Assembly (NCBI RefSeq): GCF_001194135.2
Contig: NC_068985.1
Location: forward strand, 29,633,211-29,697,210
From: Octopus bimaculoides
Lineage: Eukaryota
Length of the DNA stretch: 64,000 nt
Direction: 5' to 3'
A model generated the notes under the pieces. The model searched no databases. It worked only from the letters and a program-made list of their open reading frames with translations, and was not told the DNA's origin. This document shows, piece by piece, positions 35,582-48,045 of this stretch (the first letter of the stretch is position 1; the number at the start of each line of letters is the position of its first letter). The position numbers and the translations under genes were made by a program.

Positions 35582-36930
35582 CTCCAGGCAGTAACAGAGG
35601 AATTCAAGACAGGTTGCCCCAGGGAACTCCTTTATGCTGATGACCTGGTACTCATAGCAGAATAACTATCAGAACTAGAGAAGAAACTTCAAGTGTGGAA
35701 GCAAGGTTTAGAATCGAAGGGCCTAAGAGTCAATGTTGCAAAGGCCAAAGTTCTAGTAAGTAGGAAGGTGAACACATCACACACTCCTTCAGGTAGGTGG
35801 CCCTGCTCGATCTGTAGAAAAGGTGTAGGTAGAAACTCCATAAGATGTACCCAGTGTAAGCTATGGACACATAAGAGGTGCAGCAACATCAAAGGAAGAT
35901 AAACCGGGAAGATAGCTTTCACATGCAGCAGATGCACAGGGGCAATAAACACCACAGATGCTCAGAAAACTCCATCACATGCCAGGGGGAGAAACTAGAA
36001 GTAGTTGATAGCTTCTGCTNNNNNNNNNNNNNNNNNNNNNNNNNNNNNNNNNNNNNNNNNNNNNNNNNNNNNNNNNNNNNNNNNNNNNNNNNNNNNNNNN
36101 NNNNNNNNNNNNNNNNNNNNNNNNNNNNNNNNNNNNNNNNNNNNNNNNNNNNNNNNNNNNNNNNNNNNNNNNNNNNNNNNNNNNNNNNNNNNNNNNNNNN
36201 NNNNNNNNNNNNNNNNNNNNNNNNNNNNNNNNNNNNCATAGGCTTGAAAGAAATGAAGCTAGCATGATATGCTGGATGTGTAATGACAGTGTGCACATGA
36301 CAGAGTGTAAGCGCCCTGAGAGAAATGTTAGACATAAGAAGCATCGGATGTGGCATGCAAGAGAGACATTTGCATTGGTATGGTGATGTACTGTGGATGG
36401 ATGAGGAGAACTGTGTGAAGAAGTGCCACTCCCAAACAGTGGAGGGAATCCGGGTAGAGAGAGACCCAGGAAGACATGGGATGAGGTGGTGAAGCATGAC
36501 CTTCGAATGTTGGGCCTCACAGAGGCAATGACAAAAGACCGAGACCTCTGGAGGTATGCTGTGACTGAGAAGACCCGCCAAATAAAGTAAGTCTACAGCT
36601 GTAACCTACACCAGTGTTGCATAACCAGCCCGCTCAAAAGTACATTGGTTCGTAGGGCGACATGCCGTACTTCAAGAGACCGATTGGGTCAAGTACATCA
36701 ACAAAATCAAAATCAAATCAAATGGAAATTGTTGTTGTGAGCCCCGTGCCAGTAGCATGTAAAAAGCACCCACTACACTCTTGGAGTGGTTGATGTTAGG
36801 AAGGGCATCCAGCTGTAGAAACACTGCCAGATCAGATTGAGGCCTGGTGCAGCCTCCTGGCTTCCCAGACCCCAGTTGAACTGCCCAACCCATGTCAGCA
36901 AATGGACGTTAAACAATGATGATGATGATG
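35582..36930 (+). mobile_element. RTE LINE 3' portion (RT motif, PHD finger, C-terminus, 3'UTR), spanning a gap
   Basis: ELLYADDLVLIAE; MWKQGLESKGLRVNVAKAKVLV; WPCSICRKGVGRNSIRCTQCKLWTHKRC...FTCSRC; LEVVDSFC; C-terminus like 15300-15715; (GAT)n end at ~36930. Confidence 0.88.
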
Positions 36931-37006
36931 ATATATGTATGTACATGTTGGTGTGTATGTGTATATATACATATATATATATACATACATATATGTATAT
37001 GTATAT

Positions 37007-37154
37007 ATGTTGTTGTACTTGGGGACGGTCATATTGCCAGTTTAGCCAATAAAAACACACACACTGGCTAAACTGGCAATATGACCATCCCCAAGTNNNN
37101 NNNNNNACACACTGGCTAAACTGGCAATATGACCATCCCCAAGTACAGCAACAT
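37007..37154. repeat. 42-bp-arm fold-back next to a 10-N gap
   Basis: ATGTTGTTGTACTTGGGGACGGTCATATTGCCAGTTTAGCCA (37007-37048) is the reverse complement of 37113-37154 with 2 mismatches. Confidence 0.7.
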
Positions 37155-38080
37155 CTGTTTCAACACACGATTTCACATCAAAAATCTTGCAAAACAAATA
37201 CACACGTGCACACACGCACACACACACATATTGTCATTGTCAGCTCATCCCTTGAATCTGAGGATTGACTTACCCTCTTGTACGATTGTTTGGACCATTA
37301 ATGCTGGTAGCAGATGTGGCTAATGAGGCTGATCCTTGCGTAGAGCATGTGATTTCATTGGCCACATGTGAATGTCAAAATTGGTTGTGGTTGCTGCCTT
37401 TTGGCCTGCTGTTGTCTCTTCTCTTTTTTCATTCTTTCTCTTTCAAACAATCTTACATGATTGTTTATGTTTTGCCAGTAATCAGGAGGGCTGGTTACGG
37501 TCCTCTCAAAAATCAGGGGGTCGAAGCTAGTTTTCTTGAGAATTGACTTTGGTTGATTTTTGTGTGTATTTCTTATGTATTTTTTATATATATATATATA
37601 TATATTTTGTTATATAAATTTTTTTGCTATTTAAGCAACCAGTAAAACATACATTTTTCAGTTTGAAAATGGCTACTTGAAGCTTGAAACTCATAACAGA
37701 GTAACTCACTGTAGACATTATTATTAAAATAGAANNNNNNNNNNNNNNNNNNNNNNNNNNNNNNNNNNNNNNNNNNNNNNNNNNNNNNNNNNNNNNNNNN
37801 NNNNNNNNNNNNNNNNNNNNNNNNNNNNNNNNNNNNNNNNNNNNNNNNNNNNNNNNNNNNNNNNNNNNNNNNNNNNNNNNNNNNNNNNNNNNNNNNNNNN
37901 NNNNNNNNNNNNNNNNNNNNNNNNNNNNNNNNNNNNNNNNNNNNNNNNNNNNNNNNNNNNNNNNNNNNNNNNNNNNNNNNNNNNNNNNNNNNNNNNNNNN
38001 NNNNNNNNNNNNNNNNNNNNNNNNNNNNNNNNNNNNNNNNNNNNNNNNNNNNNNNNNNNNNNNNNNNNNNNNNNNNNNNN

Positions 38081-38390
38081 TGCATGACACCTTGGGCAAG
38101 TGTCTTCTACTAAAGCCTTGTGAGTGGATTTGGTAGATGGAAACTGAAAGAAGCCCATCGTATATATGTATATATGTATGTGTGTCTGTGTTTGTCCTCC
38201 CCAACATCACTTGACAGCTGATGCTGGTGTGTTTACGTCCCCGTAACTTGGCGGTTTGGCAAAAGATACCGAGAGAATAAGTACTAGGCTTACAAAGAAT
38301 AAGTCCTGGGGTCGATTTGCTTGACTAAAGGCGGTGCCCCAGCATGACTGCAGTCAAATGACTGAAACAAGTAAAAGAATAAAAGAATAT
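38081..38390 (+). mobile_element. SINE-B (head lost in the gap)
   Basis: CACCTTGGGCAAGTGTCTTCTAC ... GGCGGTGCCCCAGCATGACTGCAGTCAAATGACTGAAACAAGTAAAAGAAT. Confidence 0.88.
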
Positions 38391-39023
38391 ATATATATAT
38401 ATACACAGGGTAGGCCAAAAATTCCCACACAAAATAAGTTCAAAGTGCTCCGGAATTGTTAAAGACACTCTTAAATTTTTCTACAGTTTAATAAAATAAT
38501 GACTACACACATACTTGTACATAATAAACAAAATAGAAAATATGAATGGTAATGTAATGTAAACAAAATGTCAAATGTTTGGTGCATGACTTCTGGCCCA
38601 TCCTCTATGTATTTGTGTGTGTGTGTGTGTGTGTATATATATGTATATATTTATAAATAAGTACATCATTTAACTTCCGTTTTCCATGCTGGCATGAATT
38701 GGACAGTTTGACAGGAGCTGTTAAGGCCATGGGCCAAAGCAGGCTCCATTGTGTGTTTTGGCATGGTTTATGTTGCTGGGTGCCCTTCATAATGCCATAT
38801 GTATATATATGCAAAAGCCAAACACGTAGAATTGGTTAATAAAGGGGTAATTACACTGGCAGTGCATCAGCCTGAGAGCTGAAACATGTAAAAGAATGAA
38901 AGTATATATATATATGCATGCATACATATATGTATTTATGTTTATATATATATATATGCATGTCAAATTGACCAACCCATTCCAGCATGGAAAACAGATG
39001 TTAAGTTATGATGATGATATATA

Positions 39024-39084
<61 letters not shown>

Positions 39085-39109
39085 GTATATATGTATGTAT
39101 GTATGTTCC

Positions 39110-40281
39110 GTATTCAGTCCCAATGCAGGACACCTTGGGCAAGTGTCTTCTATTATAGCCTCGAGCTGACCAAAGCCTTGTGAGTGGATTTGGTAGATGG
39201 AAACTGAAAAGAAACTTGTATATATTGGGTTGTCCCTTAAATAATGCATTTATTTTATACTTCTTTTATTTTTCAAAATTAAGATAAACAAAGTTCTTTT
39301 TTAATCTAAACTATACTCTCCTTCGTTTTCTACAATGCTCTTCCATCTATCTTTAGATAGACTTATGGGGCCCCTTTTCCAAAATTCACTTGTCCATGAC
39401 GAAAAATGCTCCTCCAGTACTACTCTGACCTCATCTACAGAATTCATATTTTTTCCATCCAAATGATTTTGAAGAAAGCGGAGCAATGTCTGGCGAATAT
39501 GGTGGGTGGGACATCGTTTCCCATTCAAACTGCTCCAGCCTTTTGAATGTCATCCTTGCTGTATGTTGCCGAGCATTATTCTCCTGGAAGAACATCTTTT
39601 GTCTTGAAACCAACGATAATCGTTTTTATTCTAGCACAGGTGCTGATGAATGGTTGAATAACCAAATCCAAGCTTCTCTGCTAGTTACTCAACTGTTTCA
39701 ATAATATTTTGTTCCACCAGAGTTTGCAAGATGTCCTTGTCAAGTTCTACAGCTCTTCCAGGACATGCTCTTCTTCTAGGCTGTAGTTTCCAGCTCAGAA
39801 TTTCTGGAACCACCATTGACACTGGCTTATGCTTATTGTCTGATCCCCATATACTGCATTAATATTCCTTGCACTTTCCGTTGTGTCGTTGCCTTTATTG
39901 AACTCATAAAGCAAAATATGCTGAATATGTTCCTTTGTCACTTCCAATATAGTTTTGAAAAAAAAATTGTTAAAATTGAACTGCACTCTTCAAAACTTGC
40001 ACTAAAAATAAGTGCAAAGGTAAAATTACTACCTCTTTTATAGCAAGTTGATGCAGGTAGTTTGTCCCATCCCCCTCCGACTTTTAGTTCATGCAATTGA
40101 AAACACCGCATTATTTATGGGACGACCCAGTATACATATGTGTGTGTGTTTGTCTCCCCCCACCAATGCTTAACGACTGATGTTGGTGTGTTTACCTCCC
40201 TGTAATATAGCAGTTCAGCAAAAGAGACCAACAGAATAAGTCCTAGAGTTGATTTCTTCGATTAAAAGGTGGTGCTCCAGT
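39110..40281 (+). mobile_element. SINE-B split by the mariner insertion
   Basis: The 5' half (39110-39224) ends at GGAAACTGAAAAGAAACTTGTATA. The 3' half resumes at 40131 with (TG)nTTTGTCTCCCCCC...GGTGGTGCTCCAG. Confidence 0.85.
39225..40130 (-). mobile_element. Internally deleted mariner element with transposase pseudogene
   Basis: TIRs TA|TTGGGTTGTCCCTTAAATAATGC and GCATTATTTATGGGACGACCCAG|TA. Peptides EHIQHILLYEFNKG...AVYGDQTIS...WWFQKF (HTH), ENNARQH, HPPYSPDIAP and RWKSIVENEGEY*. Length is 906 bp versus ~1.3 kb for an intact element. Confidence 0.92.
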
Positions 40282-40743
40282 AAAAAAAATTAAAGAATAN
40301 NNNNNNNNNNNNNNNNNNNNNNNNNNNNNNNNNNNNNNNNNNNNNNNNNNNNNNNNNNNNNNNNNNNNNNNNNNNNNNNNNNNNNNNNNNNNNNNNNNNN
40401 NNNNNNNNNNNNNNNNNNNNNNNNNNNNNNNNNNNNNNNNNNNNNNNNNNNNNNNNNNNNNNNNNNNNNNNNNNNNNNNNNNNNNNNNNNNNNNNNNNNN
40501 NNNNNNNNNNNNNNNNNNNNNNNNNNNNNNNNNNNNNNNNNNNNNNNNNNNNNNNNNNNNNNNNNNNNNNNNNNNNNNNNNNNNNNNNNNNNNNNNNNNN
40601 NNNNNNNNNNNNNNNNNNNNNNNNNNNNNNNNNNNNNNNNNNNNNNNNNNNNNNNNNNNNNNNNNNNNNNNNNNNNNNNNNNNNNNNNNNNNNNNNNNNN
40701 NNNNNNNNNNNNNNNNNNNNNNNNNNNNNNNNNNNNNNNNNNN

Positions 40744-40790
<47 letters not shown>

Positions 40791-40849
40791 CACACATACA
40801 CATATCGTCATCATTTACTTCCACTCTCCATGATGGCATGGGTTAGATG

Positions 40850-42960
40850 GTATAGTGTGGATAAGCTCCCACTACTAGAGATGCTTTGGATGGCAATCAT
40901 CTCAACTAGTTGCTGGTAACTAAGTCCAACTCTGGCCTTGTGTGACTTAGCATCTAAGTTTAATGGAATTGTATTTGTACTGACAGGAGATGGTACAAAG
41001 GCAAATCCTGGCGTCTTAACACCAGTGTTTTGGGTGGATGGAAATCATCTATCTGGGAAGGCAATCCATCTAGAGAAGGCAAACTCTGATCTCGAACTTC
41101 TGCTGCTTTGCAGCAATAGCCAACCAAGGAGAAGTTGGAAAGTTCAACTCAAAGGAAAAATCTGTTGCTGAAATCATTAAGGCTGTTCAACATTGTTTTC
41201 AACATTGTTCTGGTGACTTCTGCAACAATACTGGTGCCAAGCTCTACTGAGCTTTGCTCTTCCCTTGGACTATATCAGTGGTGTGGAGAGAGGAGATCTG
41301 CTACATGGGCAACTCTGATCTCACATATTAACCCTGCACAGGACTGAACCTTTCAAAGGACTCCCCAGCACTATATAGAAAGCAACAGTTTACTAGTTAT
41401 AAACCTATGCTCAAACTGTTGTGGAGCAAAGCATCAGGTACAGCTTTTGATAAAGGCAGAGACCAATGTGTCTTACTGTACAGCTATTGCCTACCACAAG
41501 CTGGACATACCTGAGCCAGTTAGGTGCTGTCTCACCATTGCCTACCTATCTCACTAGGTACTAGGGAATGCGAGAATGTACAGACTATGACCACTGGACT
41601 ATTACATAACCTCCTGAAGGCTATGTGATAATCCAGTTTGTTGTTAATTACTACTCAAAAAACTCCAGTAATTAACAACAAAAGACTAAAGTTTCAAGTG
41701 GACATTGCAACAATACAAGAAACACATCTTGCAGGATTGAGATCTCTGTACAAAAGAGACTATACCTTTTTCTGACATAGAAAGTGCTTAGATGAGACCA
41801 TAGGGTATGAAATTGGCTTTGCTGTGAAAAATTCATTGCTAAAACTGGAATCCAGCAAGAGAAGGACTGGGAGGATTTTCTCACTTTGGCTCTTTACAAC
41901 TGACAATCCTGTAGGTCCTATCAGGTTTATGCCCTGATCCTTTATTCCAGATACAAAGAATGAATTTTATGACCAGCACTCAAGGACACTTAAGGAGACT
42001 CCAAACCAAGAGCAACTACTATTGCTTAGTGACTTCAATGCCTGAATAGGTGCTAGCAATAAATTCCGGTCAAATTGTCTGGGCAGCACAGGATTGGGAG
42101 CATAAATGACACAACAGATAATGATTGCTACATGAGCCAATACTTACTTCCAAAATAAAACCCTGCACAAAGTGTTTTGGGGACATCCTCACTCCAAACA
42201 CTGGCACCAACTAGATCTGTAAATTACAAAATGTTGTCATTTGAAGAATATGCTCATGACTAATCCTTCCAGAGTGCTGACTGCAACACAGCCAAACGAG
42301 ATACACCATATAAAATTACCTGGCAAGCAGTGCATTGACTCTGCTATGACATGACACCCAGGTAAAGTCGAATAGTTCTGCCCTATATGCAGACTCCTCT
42401 CTCTAGATGTAGAGGCATAGGTGAGATGAGATTCTCTCAGGGATGCTGCAATGAAGGCTTTTGGTAAGAAACAGTGCAAGATGCAAAGATTGATTTGAAG
42501 CAAGTTCAGGAAAGCACACCACTATCAAGTGGAGTCCTCAGTCACCAATAGCAAGGGTTTTGCTTGTGTACAGACAGCCATTCTACGGGGCCATGTACAC
42601 TGCAAATCAAATGAGAGTATCCCAACAGATCTGATTTATGGTGAACTTTCTTCTAGTAAAAGAACACAAGGACAACCACCATCTTTGTTTCAAAGATGTT
42701 TGCAAGAGTGATATTAAGTCTCTTTGTATGAATGTTGAAAAGTGGGTGGGCATTGCAGATGACCGCTCCTGTTAGAGATAGGCACCAGACAAGGGTTTAG
42801 AAGTATGAGAGGAGAGACTGATGATTACTGATGAAGAAAAGCAAATTCAAAGAAAATACTGCACTAAGATGAGACTTGCTGAGTGGACATAGCCTTCAGT
42901 TGTAGACACTGCAACCAGAACAGCCACTCATGTGAGTCTCTACAAAACCAGTCTTACGTG
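40850..42960 (+). mobile_element. Degraded BovB-type RTE LINE with a large internal deletion
   Basis: 5' leader motif GGCAATCCATCTAGAGAAGGCAAACTCTGA; ORF start NVQTMTTG (~41575); endonuclease LLSDFNA*IG...NTYFQNKTLHKVFWGHPHSKHWHQLDL (~42025-42220); C-terminus GHVH...IPTDLIYGELSSSKRTQGQP...FKDVCKSD and a terminal FSCRHC. Confidence 0.75.
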
Positions 42961-43009
42961 TTTAGGTGTAGATCCATGGTCATACAAGACTAACAGATAC
43001 CTCCTCAAA

Positions 43010-43024
43010 TTTATATATACATAC

Positions 43025-43092
<68 letters not shown>

Positions 43093-43622
43093 ATGTATGT
43101 ATGTATGTATATGTATGTATATGTATGTATGTATGTATATATATATATATGTATGTATGTATGTATATATATATATGTATGTATATATATATATGTATGT
43201 ATATATATATATGTATGTATATATATATATGTATGTATGTATATATATATATATATGTATGTATGTATGTATATATATATATATGTATATGTATGTATGT
43301 ATATATATGTATATGTATGTATGTATATATATGTATGTATGTATATATATGTATGTATGTGTATATATATATATGTATATGTATGTATATATATATATGT
43401 ATATGTATGTATATATATATATGTATATGTATGTATGTATGTATATATATATATGTATGTATGTATGTATATATATGTATATATATATATATATATATAC
43501 ACACACAAATGAATGTGTGTGTATATATACATGCACAAATGTATATATATATATTCATACCTATATATACATACATACAAGGCTAACAGATACCTCATCA
43601 AATATATATACATATGTATATA

Positions 43623-43690
<68 letters not shown>

Positions 43691-43810
43691 TATACACAAA
43701 TGTATATATACATAGAGAAATGTATATATATATATATAGTTAGATACACATATCTATAAATCTATATCCATTTCTCTCTCTCCTTCTTTGTATGTATATA
43801 TATATATGCA
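43010..43810. repeat. Long compound (TA)n/(TATG)n/(TG)n microsatellite
   Basis: Read directly; it explains the I/Y/H/T/M/V/C-only ORFs in the track. Confidence 0.97.
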
Positions 43811-44369
43811 CACACGCACACACACACCTATGATTCATATGAATGAATAATACATATATCTATATGTATATAGATTTGAAAGAGATATTAGGCTTTTACC
43901 ATTGATGTGTATATGAATGTATGTAGCTGTGTGTGGCAAGAGTTACGCAGATGTGCTGGTGAATAGAGCCTGAGAGAGTGGGCTCCCATGGTGAGTGAAG
44001 TAGGATTCATGGTGTATATTCATGTTTGTGTCTTTCTATATGTTGTTCTATGTAGAAAACTAAGATTGGAAAGATAAGCATGTAAAAACCGGGCACAAAA
44101 AATTCTTCCGATTTTGTATTTAGCTGAGAGAGAGAGAGAGAGAGACAGATAGAGAGAGATGGAGTGTGTTCACTGAAAGGAATTATTGTTCTTCCTATTT
44201 TCTCTTTGCTGTTTTGCTTTCTCTCTTTCTTTTTTAGTCATAAATTCGTATCTCTGTTGCTCTCACGTTCACTTCTGTCTCCTTTCTCTCTCTCTATATA
44301 TTTTCTCTTTCTCTCTATATATATACTTTCTCTCTCTCTATATATTTTCTCTTTCTCTCTATATATATA

Positions 44370-44443
<74 letters not shown>

Positions 44444-44595
44444 AATAAGCATACGCACACACACATATGAAGACATATTTGTTTGGTGCATATATACTTA
44501 GATATTTGTTTGTATATGTGTACATGCATAAGTGTGTGTGGATATGTCTTCACATAAATGCCTATGTATATAGCATTAGAACACGTGTGTATGTA

Positions 44596-44654
<59 letters not shown>

Positions 44655-45515
44655 CATGATTGTGTATGCTGGAGAGAGACTGATTGATTTTATTGAATTC
44701 TTTGCCATTATTGATGGAATGTTCTGGTTTCAATGCACATGAGTAAGGAGCTACCCATTACCAACACACGAGGGTAGTAAATGGGTGGCACCTATCTATC
44801 TGTAGTTACTTATTTATTGGAATCAATGATGTTGGCTTTTGTTTTTATTTGTTTGTATATTTATCGTCCTTCCCATTTTATGTATGTGTTTTTTTTTTCT
44901 ATGTCTCATTGCATGACAAATTTGTTGATTACTTACTACATCAATGCTATTCTAAGTTTCAATAGTAGGTGTATACATGTCTGTGAAATTAAGAAATTCA
45001 TTTTGTAGCTACATGGTTTTCAGTTTGATCCCACTGTATCCCACTTGGGCAGATGTTTTCTTTTATGTTCTTTATGTGATTGGAATTTCCCAAACAAAAA
45101 CTGGAAATCTATTTAGAGGGGTCTGTCCCTGGTTTTGGGTGGTGAACTTAATCTGTCGCTTGGTTAATATTACCACATGACCCTTAGGTGCCTTTAGCAG
45201 AGTTCACTTTGTGGCAAGCATTTAGACCAGGTTTCTGATCTGAGATTAACTTCCTCCCATCAATCTCTGAGGCCCTGAAAAAGATCATGTGCATTGTCCT
45301 TCCTCTCTTGAAGAATTGCAAATAAATTGGGAGTTGACTGAGGTACTTGACTCTCTTGCTTCCATTGTTCTTATATGCTGGCATAAAAAGTTGCTGTTTT
45401 AGTCTACAGTGTAACAATAATGATATCTTTATTTTTGAAATATTTTAATTATTTAATAATAATAATAATAATAATAATAATGATGATGATGATGATAACT
45501 ATTATTATTATTATT

Positions 45516-45710
45516 AAGGCAGCAAGCTGGCAGAATTGTTAGCATGCTGGGCAGAATGCTTAGCTGTATTTCATCAGTCTTTACATTCTGAGTTCAAATT
45601 CTACTGAGGTCAACTTTGCTTTCATCCTTTCAGGATCAATAAATTAAATACCAGTAGAACAAACCCCCAAAATTTCAGCCTTTGTGCCTTTAGTAGAAAG
45701 GATTATTATT
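45516..45710 (+). mobile_element. SINE-A copy
   Basis: AAGGCAGCAAGCTGGCAGAATTGTTAGCATGC follows (ATT)n; tail GCCTTTGTGCCTTTAGTAGAAAGGATTATT. Confidence 0.88.
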
Positions 45711-46235
45711 TATTTTTTATTGTAGAGAGGTACATTTGATTGAATAAACCCCCAATTCATGCCTGTTCATTAACTTATTTACTTCCTCTGTCATGATCTG
45801 ACGGATTTTTTTTTTTTTTTACTGCTTGGTAAGGGAGGGAAGGGCAAGGGCCTCCAAGACTGGTGGAGAAAAGAAAAATAGTGAAGTTATCTTCAAACTG
45901 GGGACCTGGTGGAAAAACTTGCAACAGAATCATCCCCACTAAAGATACCTGAAAACCAGATGGTGGTGTTAAACTGGGTGATACATTAAATCAAGAATTC
46001 AGAATGCATAGAACCAGAATAAATACTGGAAGGCATTTCATCTGACATTTAATTCCACCAATCCACCTGCCTAGACTTGTACTTTATTTTATTAATCTCC
46101 AAAGAATGTAAAACAAAGTTGACCTCAGCCATATTTGAATCCAGGGTACTGGAACAAATACCAGAAAGCATTTTATTCTATGCTCTAATGATTCTGTCTA
46201 ATGAATCACTTGTCATGAAACTTGGGCTGTCTTAA

Positions 46236-46443
46236 CCTTTTGTTACCATTATTTCTGCTTTGTTTCAATTACTTTTGAAAACGATGAAGAATTTAGTGAA
46301 ATAACTTTGTCATTATTAAGCTGGTGTTTGAAGCATAAATGAACATGAAATTTTGATGGAAGGCTTTGATTTAGATCACTTTAAAACAGAAAGTTTGTAA
46401 CATGGAATGAGGGGTGTTCACAGGCAGGTTGGTATGAAAAGGG
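46236..46443. mobile_element. piggyBac-like MITE (208 bp)
   Basis: TTAA|CCTTTTGTTACC ... GGTATGAAAAGGG|TTAA: TTAA TSD with CC(C)TTT termini. Confidence 0.7.
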
Positions 46444-46647
46444 TTAAACTTAGGAGATAGAAATATATATTGTAAAGAGTTTCTGTCGTTGTGTTTTTCC
46501 CCATCATTTGTGCTAAAAAGCAATAATGATAATAATAGTGATTTGAATTTGTTGAGGACCGCTTAGGTGAATGGTCCAGAGCACACAGTCAATATTTGAG
46601 GGGTACAGAGTTCGGTTTTCCATAGCCACCTACAGGCAACTTTTATA

Positions 46648-46805
46648 GGCACACGTGTGGCTGTGTGGTTAGAAGCTTGCTTCCTAACCACATGATTCTG
46701 AGTTCAATTCCACTGTTTGGTACCTAGGGCAAGTATTTTCTACCATAGCCTCGGGCTGAGTGGATTTAGTAGACGAAAACTAAAAGAAATGTGTTGTGAG
46801 TGTGC

Positions 46806-46837
<32 letters not shown>

Positions 46838-47033
46838 TCCGCGCCACTGCTTGACAACTGGTGTTGGTGTATTTGCATCCCTGTAGCTTAGAGGTTTGGC
46901 AAAGAGACTCATAGAATAAGTACTAGACTTTAAAAAATAAGTCCTGGGGTTAATTCATTCAACTAAAAACTCTTCAAGGTAGTGCCCCAACATGGCCACC
47001 ATCAAATGACTGAAACAAGTAAAAGATAAAAGA
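46648..47033 (+). mobile_element. Full-length SINE-B
   Basis: GTGGCTGTGTGGTTAGAAGCTTGCTTCCTAACCACATGATTCTGAGTTCAATTCC head through AAATGACTGAAACAAGTAAAAGATAAAAGAT tail. Confidence 0.9.
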
Positions 47034-48045
47034 TAGGCACCAGGCCTCAAGTTTAGTGGAAGGGTTATAGTTGATTTAATCACACTCCACCCCAGTATTT
47101 GACTGCTATATATTTCATCAATTGCAGAGTTTGACTTAAGCTAGATTTTTAACTCAAAACATAAAGGGGTTAACTTATTACAGCTTGTATTATCTTGTCC
47201 ACCATTCATTCTGCTAATCAACACCTTCAATGTTTGTTATAATGAAGTTAAATTAAGTACACATTATATGTAACTGGAACACTGCCGCTTATACTTGATA
47301 ACTCTCTCAAGTAATGAAATAGAAGTTAAACAACAACTACAAAGAGCAGTGTTTCTAATAATAATAATAATATTTTCTATTATAGGCACAAGGCGTGGAT
47401 TTTTATGGGGAGGTGGCCAATCGATCACATTGACCCCCCCAGTACTTGGCTGGTACTTAATTTATTGACTCTGAAAGGATGAAAGGCAAAGTCGACCTCA
47501 GTGGAATTCGAACTCAGAATGTAGTGACAAGGTGAAATACTGCTGAGCATTTTTGTCCAGCGTGCTAACAATTCTGCCAGCTCGCCACCTTGATGATGAT
47601 GATAATAATAATAATAATAATAATGTTTCAAACTTTGGCTCAAGGTCAGCAGTTTTGGGGGAGAGGGTTAATCGATAACATTGACTCTAGTGCTCCACTG
47701 GTACTTATTTTGTTGACCTGTAATGATGAAAGGCAAAGTCAACATCTGGATTTGAACTTGGAACATAAAGGGCTGAAAAAATGCCACTAAGCATATTGTC
47801 CAATGTGATAATGATTCTTTCAGTTTGCCACCTTTAATGGATTCAAATTTTGGGATAAGGCCAGTAATTTTAGTGGGGTTAGTTGATTCATCAACTCCAT
47901 AACTTGACTGGTACTTTTACTCTGGAAAGATAAAAGGCAAAATTGACCTTGGTGAGTTTTCATGAACTGAAAATGTAAAGAGTCAGAAGAAATACTACAC
48001 AATATTTTTTACCAATACTCTAATGATTCAACTAGCTTGTACCTT

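Noticed and set aside
37059-37144. Exact 38-bp direct repeat on either side of a 10-N gap
   Set aside because: This is a typical unmerged contig overlap, an assembly artefact.
38403-38610. Possible Tc1-like terminus CAGGGTAGGCCAAAA
   Set aside because: No matching second TIR or translatable transposase could be confirmed.
42932-43759. Long ORFs (up to 275 aa) on both strands
   Set aside because: They are translations of (TA)/(TG)/(TATG) microsatellite with no coding complexity.
46648-46720. tRNA-like sequences with A/B boxes (many copies)
   Set aside because: They are SINE heads continuing into SINE bodies, with no complete cloverleaf or acceptor stem.
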